Origin: Candidatus Methylomirabilota bacterium
Lineage (GTDB): Bacteria; Methylomirabilota; Methylomirabilia; Rokubacteriales; CSP1-6
NCBI GenBank assembly: GCA_035457825.1
Contig: DATIAY010000122.1
Location: forward strand, 9,147-73,146
Length of the DNA: 64,000 nt
Direction: 5' to 3'
Part shown: positions 34,853 to 46,322 of the stretch, piece by piece
Layout: each line of letters begins with the position of its first letter
How positions within the stretch are numbered: position 1 is the stretch's first letter
Position numbers and translations under genes: made by a program
Notes under the pieces: model-generated
Databases searched by the model: none
Told to the model about the DNA's origin: nothing
The model's input: the letters and a program-made list of their open reading frames with translations, nothing else

Positions 34853-36034
34853 TCAGACGGCGAGCTGATTGCGGCCGCCGCGCTTGGCGCGATACAGCGC
34901 CTCGTCGGCCGCGCGCACGACGTCGGCCGGTGCCGGGCCCGCCGACAGTGAGTCGGCCACTCCGATGCTGACGGTGACGCGCTGGCTCCGTCCGTTGCTG
35001 GGCCGGGGCTGTTTGGGTCGGCGCCGGGGCCGCCGGGAGCCGCGGATGCCAAAGGACGATTTGGCGATTACCTCCCGCAGGTTCTCGAGGTGGGGCGTGG
35101 CCTCCTCGGCCGACAGGCCGGTGAAGACGACGGCGAACTCCTCCCCGCCATAGCGGAAAGGCCGACCACCTCCGGATACCTCCGAGAGCGTGGTGGCCAC
35201 TTTTCTCAGAAGTTGATCGCCCGCCGGATGGCCATACGTGTCGTTGAACTTCTTGAAGTGGTCGATGTCGACCATGGCGACCGCGTAGCGCTCACCCAGC
35301 TCGGCCAGCCGATCGTTCAAGGCGCGCCGGGACGGCAGCCCGGTGAGCTCGTCGCTGAACGCCATCGCGTGCGACGCCTCCAGCAGCGCGATGAACAGGA
35401 TGAGGCCGCCGGTCACGAGGTAGAGGCTGGCGTCGAGGCCGTCGCCCCCCAGCCCGAGACCCAGGAAGGCCGCCACCACCGCCCACACGAAGCCGCCTTC
35501 CGTCGCGCGCGGGCGGCTCAGGAAGCGGATGATGACCAGGGCCAGGGCGATCCCGAAGGCGACGACGACCGACCATTGCAGCGGTGCAGTGGCGGCAATC
35601 GCGCGCCAGAAGGCCCGGGCCGCCGAGGCGACCTCCGGGATGAAGAGCGCCGCCACGACGGCCGCCTGGGCCGCGATGAGCACCGCCCAGAGCCGCACCC
35701 GACGCCAGGGTGAGCCCCGATCGGGCATCCAGGCCAGGGCGGCCAGGTTCAGCGGCACGAGAAGAATGATGACGGTTCGCGCGATCCCGGCCCCCGTGGC
35801 GTTGGCCGGGGCCCAGCGCGCAGTCACCTGATCGGCCAGGAGCAACACGATCAGGGCCAGCACGATGCGGGTATTCCGGAAGCGGAGGCCGAGCACGATA
35901 CCAGTGAGCGTGACGGCGTAGCCTACGCTGGGGACGACCGGGTAAGCCCAGTCTCTCAGATCGGGCACCGTGAGAACGACGGCGGCGGCTCCGAGGAGCA
36001 GAAAGCCCGGGAGCAGCCGGAGGAGGGCCTTCAC
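34853..36034 (-). CDS. Membrane-anchored diguanylate cyclase (GGDEF domain, GGEEF active site)
   Basis: Multi-TM N-terminus. Contains LTGLPSRRALNDRL, DIDHFKKFNDTYGHPAGD, RYGGEEFAVVF and ADEALYRAKRGGRN. The GTG start overlaps the upstream stop (GTGA). Confidence 0.85.
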   Translation of the reverse strand: MKALLRLLPGFLLLGAAAVVLTVPDLRDWAYPVVPSVGYAVTLTGIVLGLRFRNTRIVLALIVLLLADQVTARWAPANATGAGIARTVIILLVPLNLAALAWMPDRGSPWRRVRLWAVLIAAQAAVVAALFIPEVASAARAFWRAIAATAPLQWSVVVAFGIALALVIIRFLSRPRATEGGFVWAVVAAFLGLGLGGDGLDASLYLVTGGLILFIALLEASHAMAFSDELTGLPSRRALNDRLAELGERYAVAMVDIDHFKKFNDTYGHPAGDQLLRKVATTLSEVSGGGRPFRYGGEEFAVVFTGLSAEEATPHLENLREVIAKSSFGIRGSRRPRRRPKQPRPSNGRSQRVTVSIGVADSLSAGPAPADVVRAADEALYRAKRGGRNQLAV

Positions 36035-36960
36035 CCCAGAACGAGGCAGCGAATCTCGGGGAGCCCCTTCGCGGCCAGCTCCCAGGAGGTGCCGGCGTCG
36101 AGCGAGCGGAAGACGCGGCCGTCCTCGGTACCGAAGGCGACGACGGGGCCGGCCGCAGCCAGGCACGCCGTGTCGATGTTGCGGCTGAACCACTCGGGCA
36201 GGCCGTGGCGGCACCGCTCGAGGTCGCCCCCTTCGTCGAGGCGCCGGCGGTAGACCGCCGAGCGCCTGCCGCCCGGGCCCGTGGAGGCGGTCAGCAATAC
36301 CCAGTCCCCGGCGATTGCGACCGCTCGCGAGTAGTGCGCCGACAGGCCCGCGGTGGTGAGCTCCCAGGATTCTCCGCCGTCGCGGCTCACCCCGAGCCCG
36401 TCGGCCGCGGCCACGAGCACCGTCCCCGGGCGCGTCGGATGTGCGATGACCTGATGAACATCGATCTCGATGTCGAGCATCGCGTGCCAGTCGCGCTCTC
36501 CGTCCGCCGAGCGAAGAACGCCTCCCACGTGGACGTTGACGTAGATCGGCGCGCTGGCCCCGGCGCCCACCGCGATCGACCGTACGTCAGCGGGATCGCC
36601 CCAGGGCGTGTACCAGGTTGCCCGGCCCTCGGCCTGCTCGAATGGCTCGACGGGTGTCAGCCGGTCGCCGGCCAGCCGAAACAGGTGAGCCTGCTCGGTG
36701 CCGACGAGGAGCCCGGCGGGCGTCGGAGCAAGACACGTGGCCGGCAGCCCGGGCACCGACGCCGCCGCAGCCCAGGTACCATCATCCGTCGTCGCCCAGA
36801 TCGTGTCGCCGTCCAGGATGGCCCACGCCCTTGTCCCTTCGCGGGCCAGGGCCGTGACCGTGTGGCCGGCGAAGACCTCCGGCGTCTGGGCACCGGTCGC
36901 GTCGACCTGGCGCAGCCCACCCACCGTGCCCACGAAAATGCGGGACTCCATCGCCCGCAT
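36031..36960 (-). CDS. BNR/Asp-box repeat beta-propeller protein (sialidase/Ycf48-like fold)
   Basis: Asp-box motifs SRDGGESW, SLDAGTSW and SADGERDW. The start is ATG 36960 or 36951. Confidence 0.6.
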   Translation of the reverse strand: MRAMESRIFVGTVGGLRQVDATGAQTPEVFAGHTVTALAREGTRAWAILDGDTIWATTDDGTWAAAASVPGLPATCLAPTPAGLLVGTEQAHLFRLAGDRLTPVEPFEQAEGRATWYTPWGDPADVRSIAVGAGASAPIYVNVHVGGVLRSADGERDWHAMLDIEIDVHQVIAHPTRPGTVLVAAADGLGVSRDGGESWELTTAGLSAHYSRAVAIAGDWVLLTASTGPGGRRSAVYRRRLDEGGDLERCRHGLPEWFSRNIDTACLAAAGPVVAFGTEDGRVFRSLDAGTSWELAAKGLPEIRCLVLG

Positions 36961-36983
36961 AGTACAACCTCGCCCCGGGATTG

Positions 36984-37012
36984 TTGACAACCCCACCACG
37001 CTGGCCTAGAGT
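36984..37012 (+). promoter_or_regulatory. Sigma-70-type promoter for coxMSL
   Basis: TTGACA-N17-TAGAGT, 56 nt upstream of the coxM ATG. Confidence 0.6.
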
Positions 37013-37067
37013 CCGGCCGCTGGTCGTGGTGGTTAACCCGTCGTGTTCTCCCGGAAGGGGACCCCCA

Positions 37068-37943
37068 ATGATCCCTGCTGCCTTCGAGTACCACACGCCG
37101 CGCTCGGTCCCAGAGGCTACCGAACTGCTCGGCAGGCTCGGCGAGGAGGCCAAGGTGCTCTCGGGCGGCCAGAGCCTGATCCCGCTCATGAAGCTTCGTC
37201 TCGCGCGCCCGCGACACGTGGTCGACATCAACGGGATTCCCGGCCTGGCCTACGTCCGGGAAAGCGAGGGACATCTCCGGATCGGCGCGCTCACGCGCGA
37301 GTCGGATCTCGAGGCCTCGGAGCTCGTCAGGACCCGGTACCCCCTGCTCCATGACACCTGCGCGGTCATCGCCGATCCGCTCGTCCGCAACCTCGCCACC
37401 ATCGGGGGCAACCTTGCCCACGCCGACCCTGCCAACGACCATCCCGCCGCCATGCTCGCGTATGGAGCGGAGGTCACGGCGGTGGGCCGGCGCGGGGAGC
37501 GCCGGATCCCCGTGAGCTCGTTCTTCACCGGGCCCTTTGCCACCGCGCTGGCCGCCGACGAGCTCCTCACCGAGATCCGGATCCCCGTGTCGTCCCCGCG
37601 AAGCGGCGGGGCCTATCTGAAGCTGGAGCGCAAGGTGGGGGATTTCGCCACGGCGGCCGTCGCGGTCCAGCTCACCCTGGACGCCAGCGGCGCGTGTGAG
37701 CGGGTGGGTATCGGGCTCACCAGCGTGGGCCTGACCGCCCTCAAGGCCGAGCGGGCCGAGCAGCTCCTCCGGGGCAAGCGTCTCGAGGAGGCGTCCATCA
37801 CGCAGGCGGCGCAGCTCGCGGCCGAGCAGTCCCAGCCCAGCGCCGACCTGCGCGGCTCCGTCGAGTACAAGCGTGACCTGGTCAGAGTCCTGACGACCCG
37901 CGCGCTCCGCAAGGCCGCCGAGCGGGCTCATTCAAGGAGGTGA
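37068..37943 (+). CDS. coxM: Aerobic CO dehydrogenase medium (FAD-binding) subunit
   Basis: [37 protein letters not shown] shows the CoxM/FAD_binding_5 pattern. ATG 37068 is internal to track ORF 36981..37943. Confidence 0.85.
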   Translation: MIPAAFEYHTPRSVPEATELLGRLGEEAKVLSGGQSLIPLMKLRLARPRHVVDINGIPGLAYVRESEGHLRIGALTRESDLEASELVRTRYPLLHDTCAVIADPLVRNLATIGGNLAHADPANDHPAAMLAYGAEVTAVGRRGERRIPVSSFFTGPFATALAADELLTEIRIPVSSPRSGGAYLKLERKVGDFATAAVAVQLTLDASGACERVGIGLTSVGLTALKAERAEQLLRGKRLEEASITQAAQLAAEQSQPSADLRGSVEYKRDLVRVLTTRALRKAAERAHSRR

Positions 37944-37948
37944 GTGGG

Positions 37949-38425
37949 ATGCTGGTGCGGCTCGTCATCAACGGGGAAAAGCACGAGGCCGACGTCGAGC
38001 CCCGACTCCTGCTCGTCCACCTGATCCGAGAGGTCTTCCGGCTCACCGGCACCCACATCGGGTGCGACACGACCCACTGCGGTGCCTGCACCGTGCTGCT
38101 CGACGGGCGCCCGGTGAAATCGTGCACCCTCTTCGGCGTGCAGGCTCACGGCCGGGAGATCATGACCGTGGAGGGCCTGGAGCAGGACGGCAAGCTCCAT
38201 CCGCTCCAGGAAGGCTTCGTGGAGAAGCACGGGTTGCAATGCGGCTACTGCACGCCGGGCATGCTCATGACGTCCTACGCCTTCCTGCGCGAGCGGCCCC
38301 GGCCGGGCGAGGACGAGATCCGCCGGGCCATCTCGGGCAACCTCTGCCGGTGCACCGGCTACGTGAACATCGTCAAGGCCATCCAGCACGCGGCGGAACG
38401 AATCAAAGGCGCACCAGCAGCGTGA
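37949..38425 (+). CDS. coxS: Aerobic CO dehydrogenase small ([2Fe-2S]) subunit
   Basis: Contains [12 protein letters not shown] and [23 protein letters not shown] lies 8 nt before ATG 37949; the track start is GTG 37940. Confidence 0.85.
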   Translation: MLVRLVINGEKHEADVEPRLLLVHLIREVFRLTGTHIGCDTTHCGACTVLLDGRPVKSCTLFGVQAHGREIMTVEGLEQDGKLHPLQEGFVEKHGLQCGYCTPGMLMTSYAFLRERPRPGEDEIRRAISGNLCRCTGYVNIVKAIQHAAERIKGAPAA

Positions 38426-38454
38426 TCGGGCCCGTGCCCTGAAGGAGATACGTG

Positions 38455-40818
<2,364 letters not shown>

Positions 40819-40820
40819 GG

Positions 40821-41729
40821 ATGGAGCCGGATCTCCTCGCCCTCGCCGCCGAGCTGGGGCGGCGCGGCGAACCGTTCGCGCTGGCCACGGTGGTCCGTTG
40901 CGAGCGGCCAACCGCGGTGAAGCCGGGGGCCAAGGCCGTCGTCCACGCGGACGGCACCCTGTCGGGCTGGATCGGCGGGGCCTGCGCCGAGCCCACCGTG
41001 GTGCGGGAGGCGCTGGCGGCGCTCCGCGACGGCCAGCCGCGTCTCATTAGCCTGGTGGGCGAGGGGAGCCGGAGCCCGGGCCGGACGGAAGGTGTGGTGC
41101 AGTACCCGATGACGTGCCACAGCGGTGGCACGCTGGAGATCTACGTGGAGCCGTTCCTGCCCAGGCCCGCCCTGCTGCTGCTCGGCCACGGCCCGGTGCT
41201 GGACACGCTGGCCGCGCTCGGGCGAGCGACACGATTCGATGTCACGGTCGTGGATGTCGCGGCGCTGGGCCAGTCAGCATCGCTCGCGTTGACGGCGAAC
41301 ACCTTCGTGGTGGTGGCGACTCACGGCACGGCCGACGAAGAGGCCCTGGCCCAGGCGCTCGCCAGCGACGCGGTCTACGTCAGCCTCGTGGCCAGCCGCC
41401 GGCGCGCCGCCGCGGTGCTCGAGCGGCTGAAGCACCGCGGCCTCGCCCCGGAGCGGCTGGGCGCGCTGAAGGCCCCGGCCGGACTGGACATCGGCGCCCT
41501 CGGCCCCGAGGAGATCGCCATCAGCATCATGGCGGAGATCGTGCAGGTTCAGCGCAGCGCCAAGGTGGTGGCTGCCACCGAACCGGCCACGCCGCGCGAG
41601 GCGATCGACCCCATCTGCGGAATGTCGGTCGACGTCGCCAGCGCGCGCTACCGCTCGGTGACGCCGATAGGCGTCGTCTACTTCTGCTGTGCGTCCTGCC
41701 AGGCGCAGTACGACCGTAAGAACGCTTGA
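40821..41729 (+). CDS. XdhC/CoxI-family maturation factor fused to a C-terminal YHS/TRASH metal-binding domain
   Basis: XdhC N-terminal and Rossmann parts (..FALATVV...G.KAVV..DG...G.IGG.C.E). The C-terminal DPICGMSVDVASARY...VVYFCCASCQAQYD matches the YHS pattern DPVCGM-V...YYFCS--C. Confidence 0.75.
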   Translation: MEPDLLALAAELGRRGEPFALATVVRCERPTAVKPGAKAVVHADGTLSGWIGGACAEPTVVREALAALRDGQPRLISLVGEGSRSPGRTEGVVQYPMTCHSGGTLEIYVEPFLPRPALLLLGHGPVLDTLAALGRATRFDVTVVDVAALGQSASLALTANTFVVVATHGTADEEALAQALASDAVYVSLVASRRRAAAVLERLKHRGLAPERLGALKAPAGLDIGALGPEEIAISIMAEIVQVQRSAKVVAATEPATPREAIDPICGMSVDVASARYRSVTPIGVVYFCCASCQAQYDRKNA

Positions 41730-41760
41730 AGCCTCTGGAATGCCCGGGCGCTGGACCGGG

Positions 41761-42192
41761 TCACATCTCGGCCTTCAAATACCGTCCGACACTCGCGAGG
41801 TAGCGTTCCAGGTCACCCAGGCTCTCGCGGATGACCCGGTGCACCTCACGATCATCGACCCGGGCGTAGAGGTGGACGAGGAGGTTCCGAAAGAGCGCCA
41901 TCCGCATCATCCGCGCCTTGAGGTCGTCGTCGATCACGCCGATCTCGGCCATGATGGCCATGCAGTCCGCATAGTCTTCCGGGCTCCGGGCACCGCGGCG
42001 GGCGGCGAGATGGTTGCAGATGTCCAGGGCGGCCTCGGTCGCCACGATGAGGAGATATTTCGCGCTGTTGCGAGCGTGCGCCTCGGCGAGGAAGACTTCC
42101 GGCGGTACCTGACCCAGCTCGCGCAGCTGGCGGACGGAATCTCGCACATAGCCGGCCAGCTCGCGCAACCGGTCCAGGTTGACCTCACTCAC
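41761..42192 (-). CDS. hepT: HepT (DUF86/HEPN) RNase toxin of a type VII toxin-antitoxin pair
   Basis: 143 aa with the HEPN R-x4-H motif in ALFRNLLVHLY. 8-nt overlap with the upstream nucleotidyltransferase gene. Confidence 0.75.
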   Translation of the reverse strand: MSEVNLDRLRELAGYVRDSVRQLRELGQVPPEVFLAEAHARNSAKYLLIVATEAALDICNHLAARRGARSPEDYADCMAIMAEIGVIDDDLKARMMRMALFRNLLVHLYARVDDREVHRVIRESLGDLERYLASVGRYLKAEM

Positions 42193-42595
42193 TCAGGGCC
42201 TCACGCAGATACCGCCGGGCGAAAGGCTGGAAGTCGAGATACTCATCCCAGGTCCGCGCGCGAAGGTCAGCGAGGAACCCTTCGTCGCGTACCACCAGGG
42301 GCGAACCCGCGAGGGCATGATAGCGAAAGCCCAGCGGAGCGTCGTTGAGAACCCGAACGTCGACGGGATATCCCAGCGTGAGACGAAGCTGCACGGACAG
42401 GTCCAACGCGAAGCGGAACCGCTCGGCCTTCGAGAGTCGCGCCGGTTCGAGCCAGACGACGACGTCGATGTCACGGAACGTGTCACCGCGCAGAAACGAG
42501 CCGTGCACCAGGGCGAGGAGAATCTCTGGACGGGTGTTCAGGTCCCGCCCAAGGCGCGAGCGAAGCTGCTCGCGGTCAGGCTTGGTGAAGGCCAT
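42185..42595 (-). CDS. mntA: MntA-type minimal nucleotidyltransferase antitoxin
   Basis: 136 aa. HGSFLRGDTFRDIDVVV carries the G-S-x9-10-D-x-D motif. Confidence 0.75.
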   Translation of the reverse strand: MAFTKPDREQLRSRLGRDLNTRPEILLALVHGSFLRGDTFRDIDVVVWLEPARLSKAERFRFALDLSVQLRLTLGYPVDVRVLNDAPLGFRYHALAGSPLVVRDEGFLADLRARTWDEYLDFQPFARRYLREALSE

Positions 42596-42653
42596 CTGGA
42601 TTGTTCAGGGACGGCCACGATGCGGCGGGGGCGGACCCGGCGCCGCCGTGACC

Positions 42654-43103
42654 TCAGCCCGTCTCGCCGTTCAGCCGCGCGGCCTGGATCCCCTCCAGCG
42701 CACAGGCCTCGTCCTTGTCGGAGGTGTCGCCCGAGATGCCGACGGCGCCCACGACTTCGCCGGCGCCGTCGCGGATGAGCACGCCGCCGGCCGCCGGGAC
42801 GATGCGGCCCTCGGAGGCCGCGAACAGCGCGCCGAAGAATGCCGGGTTGTCGGCGGCCCGCTTGGCCAGCGCCCGGGAGCCAAAGCCCATGCCCAGCGCG
42901 CCCCAGGCTTTGCCCGTGGCGATCTGCTGGCGCAGGATGCCGGCGCCGTCCTCGCGCGCGAACGCTTTGAGATTGCCGCCGTCGTCCAGGACGGCAACGG
43001 CCAGGGGGGCGCAAGCGAGCTGCCGTGCCTTGCCCAGGGCCTTCTCGATAATGGTGGTCGCCTGCGTCAGCGTGAGTCGAGCCATCCTGGTCTCCTTTGT
43101 CAT
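42654..43103 (-). CDS. GlcG/HbpS-like (DUF336) haem-binding protein
   Basis: Contains ..AVAVLDDGGNLKAF.REDGAG....IA.GKA... and VGAVGISGDTSDKDEACA. The alternative start is ATG 43085. Confidence 0.7.
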   Translation of the reverse strand: MTKETRMARLTLTQATTIIEKALGKARQLACAPLAVAVLDDGGNLKAFAREDGAGILRQQIATGKAWGALGMGFGSRALAKRAADNPAFFGALFAASEGRIVPAAGGVLIRDGAGEVVGAVGISGDTSDKDEACALEGIQAARLNGETG

Positions 43104-43153
43104 GCGCGGATGAGGTAGAGTAACTCCGCAGCGCCGTTCCAGGGAGGACAGCT

Positions 43154-44461
43154 ATGGCTCGCAAGCCCGCGTCGGCCGGACCCAAGTCGCCCAGCCCCGA
43201 GAACGTCGACCCCCGCCATCGCTGGGACCGGCCGCTGCAGGCCCCCGGACACATGCAGGTGGACTTCGAGGAGCGCGTGGACTTCCGGCGGCTGCACACC
43301 TACCGTCTGGCGCGCGTGCGTCAGGCCCTGGCCCATTCGGGATTGGGTGCTCTGCTCGTCTTCGACCAGCACAACATCCGCTACATCTCCAGCACCGTCA
43401 TCGGCGAGTGGGCGCGCGACAAGATGACGCGCTGGTGTTTGCTCACCGGTACCGGCGAGCCGTGGGTGTGGGACTTCGGCTCCGCGGCGCGCCATCACCG
43501 CCTCTACGCGCCGTGGATTCCCGCGCGGCAGTCGCTGGCCGGCATGGTGGGGATGCGCGGCGCGGTGTCGCCCAAGGCCGGTCTCTTCAAAGAAGCGGCC
43601 CAGGAGATCAAGGAGATCCTCAAGGCCGAGGGCGTGGGCGGGATGCCGCTGGGCATCGATATCGTCGAGCCCCCTTTCCTCTTCGCCCTTCAGGAAGTCG
43701 GCCTGGAGGTGCGCGACGGCCAGCAGGCCATGCTGGAGGCGCGCATGATCAAGAGCCAGGATGAGCTGACGCTGCTGAACATGGCGGCGGCGATGGTGGA
43801 CGGCGTCTACCAGGATATCTTCGAGGCTCTCAAGCCCGGGGTGCGCGTGAACGAGATCTTGGCCCTGGCCACCAAGCGGCTCTACGAGATGGGGGCCGAC
43901 TGCGTGGAGGCCATCAACTCGATCTCCGGCGAGCGCTGCAGCCCCCATCCCCACAACTTCACCGACCGGCTCATCCGCCCCGGCGACCAGGCCTTCTTCG
44001 ACATCATCATGTCCTTCGTGGGCTACCGAACCTGCTACTACCGCACCTTCAACGTGGGCCGGGCCACGCGGGCCCAGATCGCGGCCTACAAGAAGGCGCG
44101 CGAGTGGATGGACGAATCCATCGCTCTCATCAAGCCCGGCGTCACCACCGACAAGATCGCGCGGGCCTTCCCCAAGGCCCAGGAGATCGGCTTCGAGAGC
44201 GAGATGGCGGCCTTCGGCCTGAACTTCTGCCACGGCATCGGGCTCGGGCTGCATGAGCGGCCCATCATCAGTCGCCTGAACTCGTTCGAGGACCCCATGG
44301 AGATCGAGGCCGGCATGCTGTTCGCGGTGGAGACCTACTGCCCGGCCACCGACGGCATGTCTGCCGCCCGCATCGAGGAGGAGATCATCGTGACGCCGAG
44401 CGGGGCCCAGATCATCACGCTGTTCCCGGCCGAGGAGCTGCCCATCGCCAACCGTTACTAG
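43154..44461 (+). CDS. M24-family metallopeptidase-fold enzyme (creatinase/prolidase-like)
   Basis: 435 aa with a creatinase-like N-domain and a pita-bread C-domain (..MIKSQDELTLL.., HGIGLGLHERP, FAVETY). GGGAGGA RBS. Confidence 0.7.
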   Translation: MARKPASAGPKSPSPENVDPRHRWDRPLQAPGHMQVDFEERVDFRRLHTYRLARVRQALAHSGLGALLVFDQHNIRYISSTVIGEWARDKMTRWCLLTGTGEPWVWDFGSAARHHRLYAPWIPARQSLAGMVGMRGAVSPKAGLFKEAAQEIKEILKAEGVGGMPLGIDIVEPPFLFALQEVGLEVRDGQQAMLEARMIKSQDELTLLNMAAAMVDGVYQDIFEALKPGVRVNEILALATKRLYEMGADCVEAINSISGERCSPHPHNFTDRLIRPGDQAFFDIIMSFVGYRTCYYRTFNVGRATRAQIAAYKKAREWMDESIALIKPGVTTDKIARAFPKAQEIGFESEMAAFGLNFCHGIGLGLHERPIISRLNSFEDPMEIEAGMLFAVETYCPATDGMSAARIEEEIIVTPSGAQIITLFPAEELPIANRY

Positions 44462-44477
44462 TGGCACGGACATTGCC
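44462..44477 (+). promoter_or_regulatory. Sigma-54 (-24/-12) promoter
   Basis: TGGCAC-ggaca-TTGCC lies immediately after the M24 stop, 84 nt upstream of ATG 44560. Confidence 0.65.
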
Positions 44478-44559
44478 CCACAGCCTTTCCAGTCGCCAGG
44501 GCGAGCCCGAGACGGCCCGCGCTGTTACAAATTGACACAGGCGATGACAGGGAGGGCAT

Positions 44560-45123
44560 ATGGAGACCAAGACCGACCGAGAGAACGCCGGGCCGAGTCC
44601 GTTCAGCCGTCCTCCTCAGCCGAAGCCGACTGCTGCGTTCGGGGGCGGCCCTGCCGCCATCGACACTGCGCGGCAGTCGACTCCGGCTGGTGCGGCGGGT
44701 GCGAGCCCGTCAGCCGACGAGCGCAGGACGCTGGAAGCCCAGCGCCGCGGTGGCGGCCAGTGGTTCTACTGGATAGCCGGGCTCTCCTTGATCAATGCGG
44801 TCCTTGCCCTCACCGGCCAGGACTGGCACTTCATTCTCGGCCTCGGGGTCACCCAGCTCGTCCAGGGGTTGTCTCAGCAGGCCGGGGCGGCCGGGATCAA
44901 GGCGGGCCTCGTGGGCCTGGCCGTGATCGGACTCTTCGCCGTCCTCGGGCAGCGCGCGATCCTGGGACACCGCTGGGCGTTCGTCCTGGGCATGGCGCTC
45001 TTCGGGCTCGACGGCGTCATCTTCCTGGTGGTCCAGGACTGGGTGGGCGTGGGGTTCCATGCGTTCGCGCTGGTGATGATCCTGCGCGGGTACCTGGCGG
45101 CCCGACGGCTTCCGGCGCCCTGA
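44560..45123 (+). CDS. Hypothetical membrane protein (disordered N-terminus plus about 4 TM helices)
   Basis: GGGAGGG RBS and GC3-rich codons. Hydrophobic helices include WFYWIAGLSLINAVLAL and GLVGLAVIGLFAVL. No family recognised. Confidence 0.55.
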   Translation: METKTDRENAGPSPFSRPPQPKPTAAFGGGPAAIDTARQSTPAGAAGASPSADERRTLEAQRRGGGQWFYWIAGLSLINAVLALTGQDWHFILGLGVTQLVQGLSQQAGAAGIKAGLVGLAVIGLFAVLGQRAILGHRWAFVLGMALFGLDGVIFLVVQDWVGVGFHAFALVMILRGYLAARRLPAP

Positions 45124-45133
45124 CGCGCCCCAT

Positions 45134-45718
45134 TCAGGCGATCCCGAGCGCGTGCCGGAGCTTCCGGATCCGACCCGCGTGATCGGAGTGGTTGACGGCG
45201 GGTAGCGGCTCGCGGGTCGTCACGGGCAGCACCACGAGGTGCGGCCCGTCCTCCTCGAGGAGGCGGGGCAGGGCGTCTTCGAACTGGGCCAGCGTTTCGA
45301 TCCGCTCGACCTTCCCCGTTCCGGTGGCCCCGCCCCCGGCCAGGCCCGCGGCCCGCGCGAGGGCCGCGAAATCCACGCGTGGCGGCAGGGGCTGGCCACC
45401 GGTCAGCTCGTAGCTCCGGTTCTCCAGCACCAGGACGAGCAGATTACGGGGCGCGCAGGCTGCCCAGGTAACCAGCGAGCCCAGGCTCATGAGCAGCCCG
45501 CCATCGCCCTTGAGCACGATGGTCTTGCGCTCGGGCCGGGCCAGGGCCAGACCCAGGCCGAAGTCCCCGGCGTGGCCCATGCCGAAGGCGAGGAAGTCGA
45601 AGTCTAGCTCGTGGTGGGAGACGAGCGGCCATTGCAGCGTGGCCGTCATCGTCATGACGACGATCTCGTCGGTCCGCCGGGCGGCCAGAGACCGGAAGAG
45701 ATCCATGCGCTCGATCAT
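45134..45718 (-). CDS. TPP-dependent decarboxylase beta subunit (sulfopyruvate/phosphonopyruvate decarboxylase-like)
   Basis: Carries the TPP-binding motif LKGDGGLLMSLGSLVT...NLLVLVLEN. ATG 45718 overlaps the alpha subunit stop (ATGA). Confidence 0.65.
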   Translation of the reverse strand: MIERMDLFRSLAARRTDEIVVMTMTATLQWPLVSHHELDFDFLAFGMGHAGDFGLGLALARPERKTIVLKGDGGLLMSLGSLVTWAACAPRNLLVLVLENRSYELTGGQPLPPRVDFAALARAAGLAGGGATGTGKVERIETLAQFEDALPRLLEEDGPHLVVLPVTTREPLPAVNHSDHAGRIRKLRHALGIA

Positions 45719-46254
45719 GTCCGGAACGCGAATCCCGTGACGACGGCGGCGGGAAGGGATGTCTCCTCGGCCTTGCGGTCCATCATGGCCAGGGTCGGGA
45801 GATCCTCGTCGCTCATCAGGTGCCAGCAGGGAATCCCCCAGGCGGCCAGGAGCGGCTCGGTGTACGTGTAGGCCGAGTCGATCGGCGCGCGTCCGGCCAT
45901 CGCGGCTCCGTAGCCTCGCCAGCCCACCATCAGCCGGAGGGGAACCCGCGGCCCGAGGCCGCAGCCCCGGAGAGCGTCGCCCGCCTCCATCAGTCCGGTG
46001 TTCTGCAGCACGACCAGGGGCTTGCGGCCTCCGGTCCAGAGCCCCGCGGCAATCGCGATGGATTCGCCCTCCCGGCACGGGGTGATGAGCGACAGGGACG
46101 AGCCCCGCACGGCGTCGTAGAGCAGGCGGCTCTCGCTGTCCGGGATCAGGAGAACGTGGGTGAAGCCCAGGGCCTCGATCCGAGCCAGGGTAAGACCGGC
46201 ACTGGCTCCACGCTCACTCACGCTGGCGCCCGCCGCCGAGCATGCCGGGAGCAT
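45715..46254 (-). CDS. TPP-dependent decarboxylase alpha subunit (sulfopyruvate/phosphonopyruvate decarboxylase-like)
   Basis: N-terminal PYR domain: ..GFTHVLLIPDSESRLLYDAV......ITPCREGESIAIAAGLWTGGRKPLVVLQNTGL. The start is uncertain. Confidence 0.6.
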   Translation of the reverse strand: MLPACSAAGASVSERGASAGLTLARIEALGFTHVLLIPDSESRLLYDAVRGSSLSLITPCREGESIAIAAGLWTGGRKPLVVLQNTGLMEAGDALRGCGLGPRVPLRLMVGWRGYGAAMAGRAPIDSAYTYTEPLLAAWGIPCWHLMSDEDLPTLAMMDRKAEETSLPAAVVTGFAFRT

Positions 46255-46322
46255 ACAGGTCCCCGCGGTGATGTGGTAGCGTGTTGGCTCATCCCGCGCC
46301 CGGGCGCATCGTGGAGGCGAGG

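Noticed and set aside
43154-44461. The M24-fold enzyme as a DMSP lyase (DddP), linking it to the methanethiol oxidase operon.
   Set aside because: The only support is family membership and similar length. The gene is 24 kb from mtoX, and no diagnostic DddP residues could be verified.
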